DNA of 43,433 bases, from positions 1-43,433 of the forward strand of contig JAKITS010000001.1 of the NCBI GenBank assembly GCA_021648085.1. Direction: 5' to 3'. The DNA is from Candidatus Magasanikiibacteriota bacterium (GTDB lineage Bacteria; Patescibacteriota; Patescibacteriia; Magasanikbacterales; UBA922). Below are positions 37,698 to 43,433 of the stretch, one piece after another. A program made the position numbers and the translations under genes. Each line of letters opens with the position of its first letter. The stretch's first letter is position 1. The notes below the pieces were generated by a model that saw nothing but the letters and a program-made list of their open reading frames with translations, had not been told where the DNA came from and did not search any database.

Positions 37698-38390
37698 ATG
37701 TCAGACAAAAGACTTAAAATTATTTTAACAATTGTAATAGTCCCATTTTTAGTGTGGGGATTGTTTACTTTGCTTACAAAACAAGGAAGTAAGATAGAAG
37801 AAACCCAAGAGCAACAACAAGAGGTTGCAATAGAAGAGTTAGATATAGAAATAATAGACCTAGAAGGTCCAAAACAAAAATATATAAATAAAACCCACGG
37901 TTTCTCTTTTGAATTTCCTGATGAGGTTGAGTATCAAGATTTTGGAAAACCAGATTATGCAGACTATTATGTGTTTAATTTGGCAAATAAAGAGTGTATG
38001 CAGTTTGACGAGTGTGGAACTATGGGAATTTATAATGAATGGTTAAACTATTCTATAAACATTCACAATTTGCTTGATAGTGAAAAATGTAATCAAGAAT
38101 TTATTGATAAAAAAATAAGTTACGACACAGGACTTATTGATGGTGAGTATGTTCAAGTTGTTGAATCTTTGAAAACAATAGAAAATGAGAATTTCTTGAT
38201 TAAAGAGCTTTTATATACAAGTAATTATGAAAGTCCTGGTACTTTTATGTCTGCTTATATTTGTTTGGATAATAATTATATTTATTTGCAAGGTGTTAGT
38301 GATATAAACATAAAAGAAGCCGAAAAATTTAATCCTTTGCATAAAGAATTTGAAGAAATTATAAATTCATTAGAATTGCTGTCTAATTAA
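37698..38390 (+). CDS. Membrane-anchored PsbP-like paralog 3
   Basis: N-terminus nearly identical to paralog 1; FEEIINSLEL. Confidence 0.75.
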   Translation: MSDKRLKIILTIVIVPFLVWGLFTLLTKQGSKIEETQEQQQEVAIEELDIEIIDLEGPKQKYINKTHGFSFEFPDEVEYQDFGKPDYADYYVFNLANKECMQFDECGTMGIYNEWLNYSINIHNLLDSEKCNQEFIDKKISYDTGLIDGEYVQVVESLKTIENENFLIKELLYTSNYESPGTFMSAYICLDNNYIYLQGVSDINIKEAEKFNPLHKEFEEIINSLELLSN

Positions 38391-38486
38391 GACGGACTTC
38401 TTTTACAAAATATCTAGCTTGTAGGTATTTTGTAGTAAGGAGGTAGGCTCTTTACAATCTATGTAAACAGAACAGAGAATGGGAAG

Positions 38487-40925
38487 ATGAAAACAAAAAA
38501 AGCGTTTCTGTGTATTTTTAGCTGTTTTTTATTTTTTAGCTGTGAATTTCTAGATTACAAAGAAAAAGATGGGATTTTACCACAAATAGATGATGGAAAA
38601 GGTGGAAACTATTTTGAGGATACCGGAGAATTGACTTCTTCTGGGACTAATTTTGAGGCACCTTGGGCTCCTGGAGATGAGTGGAATTATGGTGGTGGTT
38701 GGTGTTCAAATGTTAATAATCCTAAATATGAAAGTAGCGCTCATTTTGTAGGTAAAAAAGATAGAAACTGTATTGATATAAATTATATTAATAAAGGTAA
38801 TAGTGATTTGGGAATGCCTTTTTTTGCAGTTTTCGATGGTTGTGTTGTAAAAAATGAATTAAGTGGTGGTTATGGAAATTTATTGATTATTCAATCTTCT
38901 GAAGATAAAAATATTCAGTTCAAAATGGGTCATCACGATGAGATTAGTTTTTTAAAGGTTGGCGAATGTGTAAAAAAAGGTCAAATAATTAGTTATTGTG
39001 GCTCTAAGGGGGATTCTACTTTTGCACATGGTCATTATTGTATTGAAGAAAAACAAAACGGAGTTTATTCATCAATTCCATTTAATAAAATTGGTGAACA
39101 TGATTATAGCGAAAAGGATTGTTTAAAAGGTGATATTATAAACATAAAATCAACAAACGACTTCGAATTCAAAAGAATAGAAGAGGAATTTGGCACAAAC
39201 TTTTTTGGTGATATTTTGTATAATAATTTAGGTTATAGAGGAATTCATTGGTATTACGATTTTGTTGTAAATGGAAGCACATCATTTTCATCAACAAACC
39301 AAAATAATGTCCTAATTCAAGATTGGCAAAATTACACAGAAAATCGTCGCTCGGCGATTGTCTACGATGTACTTCATGGTGCTCGCAGGGGTTATGTTGT
39401 TCACTCTGGTTTTGTAGAAGATCCAAACCACGGTTGGCTTCAAGATTCAAGCGGTGTAAACACCTCGGGTCCTCGCTCAAAACTTGGCGTTCCATTATCA
39501 AATGAATTTGTAGAAAATGGAAGAACTTATCAAAACTTTATGTTTGGGTATCTGAGTTGGAAATATGGTTATGGTGTGTCTTATCAGGAGTATCCTACAG
39601 ATGGATATCCTGTTGGTGAAGTCTCACTGGACTTGGCAAATGATACAAAAACTCTAACAGAAAAAATAAAAGTACAAGATTATCAATATGCAGTAAATTG
39701 GAGTAAAAAGTTTTCTTATCTTTTTGTAGACGCTTACAACAAAAGTCAAAAAGATGGATATTGGCCAGGGTTTACAGTTTATAATAATGTTACAAATGAG
39801 GCGGCTGTGGATTATATTTATAGTTATCCAAATTACTATAAGTATTTTATTCAGGAATTTTACAATTCGCACAAGGCTTTTTTGAAAAATTCTACAATAA
39901 TTTATGACCCAAATAATAACACCAGTTTAATTACAAATAATTCAGAAATTTTAGGTGGAGATAACAAAGCTTATGTTGTTAAAGGTGGGTTTTGGAATTT
40001 GTATAAACAAATATATATAAACGGGCAAGATGCTTTTGATTTTTGTGGTGCACCAGTAATGGGTGAAAGTAGAGATGTTCCTTATTGGGTTCAAGAAAAA
40101 GCTGGAGGAGTCAAATCTTACCAGATTTTTGAAAGATGTTTTTTGACTTGGGGTATTACACAAAATATAAATGTATATATTTATAACGGTGGACTTTTCG
40201 ATTGTTATAATTTTACGGAAAATGTAAATAACCCAACAAATTATATAGTCTCACAATGTGATATATTAGAGCCTTGCACAGAAAATGAAGGGCAATATAA
40301 CGCAGATTTGGGTGATTATTGTGATGAATTTCAACAACTTTATTGTTGGGATGCACAAACTTGTGATGGAAGTGGTTATTTTAGTCCAGATATTTGGAGT
40401 CCAGTACTTCCAGAAGAATTTCCTCCAAAATGTGTCTCAAGTTATGGTTTAGAAATACAATATCCAGAAAGTTGGGAATGTTGTTGTGGTTTTCCTATAG
40501 ATTGGGATGGAAGCGGTGGAAATAATTGTGTGGAAAAATGGGGAGAATATGGTGATGTTGAGCTTGTCGGCACAGCACCAGATCTCGAACCTGAACCTGA
40601 ACCAGATCCACCTCCTCCTACGCAAGAACCAGAACCAAATCCTCCAGCACCTGAACCAGAGATAAACTGTCCTCGAACTTGTCTGCCGGGTATGAAATTT
40701 CAATGTTGGGATATGTTGTCGTGTGAAAATTATGGAAGTGGGTATGGATCGCCCCCTCTTTGGACCAGTGATTGTTATTCGGACACTCCTCCAAATTGTG
40801 GAAATTGGAGTGGCGAACAAGACAAAAAGCCAACATATTGGCAGTGTTGTTGTGGTTATGATATTGAATGGATGGATGGTCAGAACAATGCTTGTAGGTC
40901 TTCTGTTTACAATTCCTTTAATTAA
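38487..40925 (+). CDS. Lipoprotein: M23-family peptidase, LGFP-like repeats, and two CWD-CCCG domains separated by a Pro-rich linker
   Basis: Lipobox FFSC; SAH...ID, GGYGNLLII, GHH, STFAHGHY; LGVPLSNE...YQNFMFGYLSW and GAPVMGE...YQIFERCFLTW; PEPEPDPPPP. Confidence 0.8.
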   Translation: MKTKKAFLCIFSCFLFFSCEFLDYKEKDGILPQIDDGKGGNYFEDTGELTSSGTNFEAPWAPGDEWNYGGGWCSNVNNPKYESSAHFVGKKDRNCIDINYINKGNSDLGMPFFAVFDGCVVKNELSGGYGNLLIIQSSEDKNIQFKMGHHDEISFLKVGECVKKGQIISYCGSKGDSTFAHGHYCIEEKQNGVYSSIPFNKIGEHDYSEKDCLKGDIINIKSTNDFEFKRIEEEFGTNFFGDILYNNLGYRGIHWYYDFVVNGSTSFSSTNQNNVLIQDWQNYTENRRSAIVYDVLHGARRGYVVHSGFVEDPNHGWLQDSSGVNTSGPRSKLGVPLSNEFVENGRTYQNFMFGYLSWKYGYGVSYQEYPTDGYPVGEVSLDLANDTKTLTEKIKVQDYQYAVNWSKKFSYLFVDAYNKSQKDGYWPGFTVYNNVTNEAAVDYIYSYPNYYKYFIQEFYNSHKAFLKNSTIIYDPNNNTSLITNNSEILGGDNKAYVVKGGFWNLYKQIYINGQDAFDFCGAPVMGESRDVPYWVQEKAGGVKSYQIFERCFLTWGITQNINVYIYNGGLFDCYNFTENVNNPTNYIVSQCDILEPCTENEGQYNADLGDYCDEFQQLYCWDAQTCDGSGYFSPDIWSPVLPEEFPPKCVSSYGLEIQYPESWECCCGFPIDWDGSGGNNCVEKWGEYGDVELVGTAPDLEPEPEPDPPPPTQEPEPNPPAPEPEINCPRTCLPGMKFQCWDMLSCENYGSGYGSPPLWTSDCYSDTPPNCGNWSGEQDKKPTYWQCCCGYDIEWMDGQNNACRSSVYNSFN

Positions 40926-40929
40926 AAAT

Positions 40930-40963
40930 AATACCCTGCATACAAAATGCAGGGTATTTTTTT
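40930..40963. terminator. Bidirectional terminator
   Basis: AATACCCTGCAT-ACAAA-ATGCAGGGTATT. Confidence 0.8.
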
Positions 40964-41444
40964 ACCAAGGAGAACATGATATTGGTGTCGATGGGTACGG
41001 GTGTGGAGGTCCATCTGGATTGTTTGGAGGTGATCCTGGTATTGGTGGATCTGTAGGTGGAGGTAGTGGAGGTAGTCCAAACTCATTATCATTTTGAATA
41101 CCAGTCCAATTTGGAGTGCTATTTACAGATATATTTACCGAAACACCGTCACATGATAATACACATTGTTCATCTACTAACACAAAATTACATTCTGTGT
41201 ATTTACAATTTTGTTCAAGGTCTGTACAACAATTCATAGGTAGTTTTGTATTTTTGTCACATTTAGTTTTACTTATTTCTTTTTGGTCATTAGGATTATT
41301 TTCATCTAATTTGTTTCCATTGGAGTCGTTGTATTTAGAATTGTAAATATTTGTATCGTCAACTTTTGGAGCAAAATCTTCCTCAATGCACGATGTGCTA
41401 AATAATAAAAAAAATATTGAAAATAGTAATATAAACTTTTTCAT
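40962..41444 (-). CDS. Cys-rich lipoprotein with Pro-rich tail
   Basis: MKKFILLFSIFFLLFSTSC lipobox; SD AAGGAG; promoter TTGCAA-17-TAAAGT (41511-41483). Confidence 0.75.
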   Translation of the reverse strand: MKKFILLFSIFFLLFSTSCIEEDFAPKVDDTNIYNSKYNDSNGNKLDENNPNDQKEISKTKCDKNTKLPMNCCTDLEQNCKYTECNFVLVDEQCVLSCDGVSVNISVNSTPNWTGIQNDNEFGLPPLPPPTDPPIPGSPPNNPDGPPHPYPSTPISCSPW

Positions 41445-41512
41445 TTTTTCTCCTTGTGTAATATTAAAAAGAACTTATGTTAACTTTATAACTTATTTTA
41501 GTTTTTTGCAAT

Positions 41513-41540
41513 AAAAAAGACCTCAAAATTAATTGAGGCC
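41513..41540 (-). terminator. Terminator after the 41550 gene
   Basis: GACCTCAA/TTGAGGCC stem with a T run on the minus strand. Confidence 0.5.
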
Positions 41541-41549
41541 GTCATTTTT

Positions 41550-41738
41550 CTATCTTGTAAATAAAATATACAAAATAATAATTATAGAGAAAAGACCTAA
41601 AAATGACAAAAATATACTCCAAACTTCTTTGTTTGAATTTAGACTTTTCAAACCTTCATTGTAAGCTTTTTCTGATTCTGATTCAGCTTTTGAATTGTTG
41701 CAGTCTTCACATGCACCACTACAATTTTCTTTTCTCAT
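41550..41738 (-). CDS. Small protein with N-terminal CxxxCxxC and C-terminal TM
   Basis: SD AAGGAGG; promoter TTTACA-17-TATTGT (41804-41776). Confidence 0.65.
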   Translation of the reverse strand: MRKENCSGACEDCNNSKAESESEKAYNEGLKSLNSNKEVWSIFLSFLGLFSIIIILYILFTR

Positions 41739-41875
41739 TTTTTCCTCCTTAGGTTGTTTAGGAACGAGCGATAATACAATATCATAAAATACTTTTTTTG
41801 TAAAGCTGGGGGTTTGTAAAATTTTAAATGTTCTATTACTCCAATTGTCCCCAATGTTTTTACTCGATCTATCTA

Positions 41876-42157
41876 TTTCAACTCCACTGCGTTCCGCTCA
41901 ATATGATGTGCACAAAACACACGTCATCCTGAGCGAAATGGAGCGAAGCGGAATGAAGTCGAACGGATCTCGATTCAAAAACATTAGAACATAAAATATT
42001 CAAAGTTCTAATGATACAGCATCGAGATATTTCGACTCCACTGCGTTCCGCTCAATATTACGTGAGTTATTGTTGTTATTCTCATACTAATTGGGAATTT
42101 AGAGTCTGCAAACTAGAACTGTTTTCATATAAAAATACATAAACTTTAATAATTGCA
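41876..42157 (+). repeat. Composite family A (41876-41908, 41923-42061) plus degenerate family B (42075-42157)
   Basis: Same A-then-B order as 6421-6660; tail TATAAAAATACATAAACTTTAATAATT shared with 33030-33060. Confidence 0.8.
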
Positions 42158-42334
42158 TTGTAATAAAAACCATAAATCTGCAATCAAATTAGAAATAAGA
42201 AATGAAAATCTAACTATTATAAAAAACATTAAAATAGGAAAGTAAATAACTTAAAATAAAAGTCCGTTATTAATTGTTAGTTAAATTTGTGTTATAATAT
42301 CTATATTCAATAAAAGAAAGTAATTTAACTAGTC

Positions 42335-43433
42335 ATGATTGGTGATGAGTTTAAAAAGATGCGAAAAATTCTAAAGCGTCTTAATTCTTTTTGTGTAAAA
42401 AGAAGACATCTAATTTCTAAGTTTGGTGTATTTTTGTTTGTTGCTACGATAGGTGTTTTTTTAATAATAAACCCTGTTTTTGCACAAAGTGCTACAGAAA
42501 GTGTCGCCAATTTTTTTATAGAAGGCGCTGCGAGAATGTTCTTAGTTCTGGCTAACTTTTTTATGGCTCTTACTATTTTTGCACTTAGATACTTTGTAGA
42601 AATAGCCGCGTACAATAACCATACTTTGGCAGATACTGTTGTTTTGGGTTGGACTATGGTTCGAGATGTCTCCAATATGTTTTTTGTAGTTATTCTACTT
42701 GCAATTGCATTTGGAACTATTTTAGGTTTAGATCAGTATGAGTGGAAAAAGTTAACAGTAAAATTAATTTTGGCAGCAATTTTTATAAACTTTAGTAAGT
42801 TAATCGCTGGAATAATTATAGACGCTGCCCATGTTTTTACAATTACATTTTTAAACGCAATAGTTGCAACTGCTGGTGGAAACATTATAAATATGTTTAA
42901 GTTGGGCGATATGATGACTTTTGCTGGTTCTGCTATGGACAATCCTTCAGAAGGAGATTTATTGTTAAAGGTTTTGGGTGGTTCAGTTGCAGCTTTTTTA
43001 TTTTCTTTTGTGGCACTACTTACTATTGGTGCTTACGCTGTGGTAATGCTTTCTCGTATGCTTGTGCTTTGGGTTTTGATAATCCTCTCACCGCTCGCAT
43101 ATCTTATGTCTGTTCTTCCTGCCACCAAAAAATATGCAGATGAATATTGGAAAGAATTTATAAAATATGTAATTGCAGGCCCTGTAATGGTGTTTTTCCT
43201 TTGGCTTGCTTTTGCAACTATGGGAAGTGGAAATATAAATCAAGAAGTGGCAAGTAATGTAAGTGTAGAAGGTGCAGCAATTAGTGATCAGGCACCGTCA
43301 AGTGGATCTAGAGAGTCAGAAATCAGCGCATCACTTAGTGCTGTCACAGAATGGGAGTCTATGGCTAGCTTTTTTATAGCTGTCGCATTTTTGTTTGTAG
43401 GTCTTCAGCAGGTAAGCAAGCTTGGTTTGGTAG
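42335..43433 (+). CDS. Partial polytopic membrane protein, VirB6/TrbL-like (runs off window)
   Basis: Open frame from ATG 42335 to the window end; GWTMVRDVSNMFFVVILLAIAFGTILG...KLILAAIFINFS; RMLVLWVLIILSPLAY. Confidence 0.75.
   Translation, partial: MIGDEFKKMRKILKRLNSFCVKRRHLISKFGVFLFVATIGVFLIINPVFAQSATESVANFFIEGAARMFLVLANFFMALTIFALRYFVEIAAYNNHTLADTVVLGWTMVRDVSNMFFVVILLAIAFGTILGLDQYEWKKLTVKLILAAIFINFSKLIAGIIIDAAHVFTITFLNAIVATAGGNIINMFKLGDMMTFAGSAMDNPSEGDLLLKVLGGSVAAFLFSFVALLTIGAYAVVMLSRMLVLWVLIILSPLAYLMSVLPATKKYADEYWKEFIKYVIAGPVMVFFLWLAFATMGSGNINQEVASNVSVEGAAISDQAPSSGSRESEISASLSAVTEWESMASFFIAVAFLFVGLQQVSKLGLV

Noticed and set aside
42325..42942. Minus-strand ORFs 42325..42675 and 42733..42942
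   Set aside because: Antisense to the real plus-strand gene from 42335, which the ORF track missed because it has no stop in the window

Overview
AT-rich bacterial chromosome segment that looks like Patescibacteria/CPR, probably an ABY1-type lineage such as Magasanikbacteria. This is inferred from core genes lacking Shine-Dalgarno sites, a short YidC, a giant Cys-rich surface protein and a VirB6/TrbL-like membrane protein. The housekeeping backbone comprises rnpB, ccdA, a YraN-family gene, nusA, yidC, groES-groEL, prfB, tsaC/sua5 and rsmA, interspersed with small orphan genes and many REP-like palindromes. Highlights: (1) a ~160-nt palindromic element present both inside the RNase P RNA (P3) and in-frame inside an O-antigen-ligase-family gene; (2) a 5'-truncated nucleotide kinase / MoaA-like radical SAM / CYTH module reminiscent of viperin-CMPK2 logic; (3) a secreted-protein cluster with a repeated CWD...CCCG Cys/Trp domain, an M23 peptidase with LGFP-like repeats and three modular paralogs; (4) self-contained promoter-(boxA-like)-SD-orphan-terminator gene units; (5) an unassigned rod-shaped ncRNA upstream of groES; (6) tandem 41-aa-repeat proteins with hypervariable codons downstream of a transglutaminase-vWA gene. 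All calls come from visual reading; no database searches were run.
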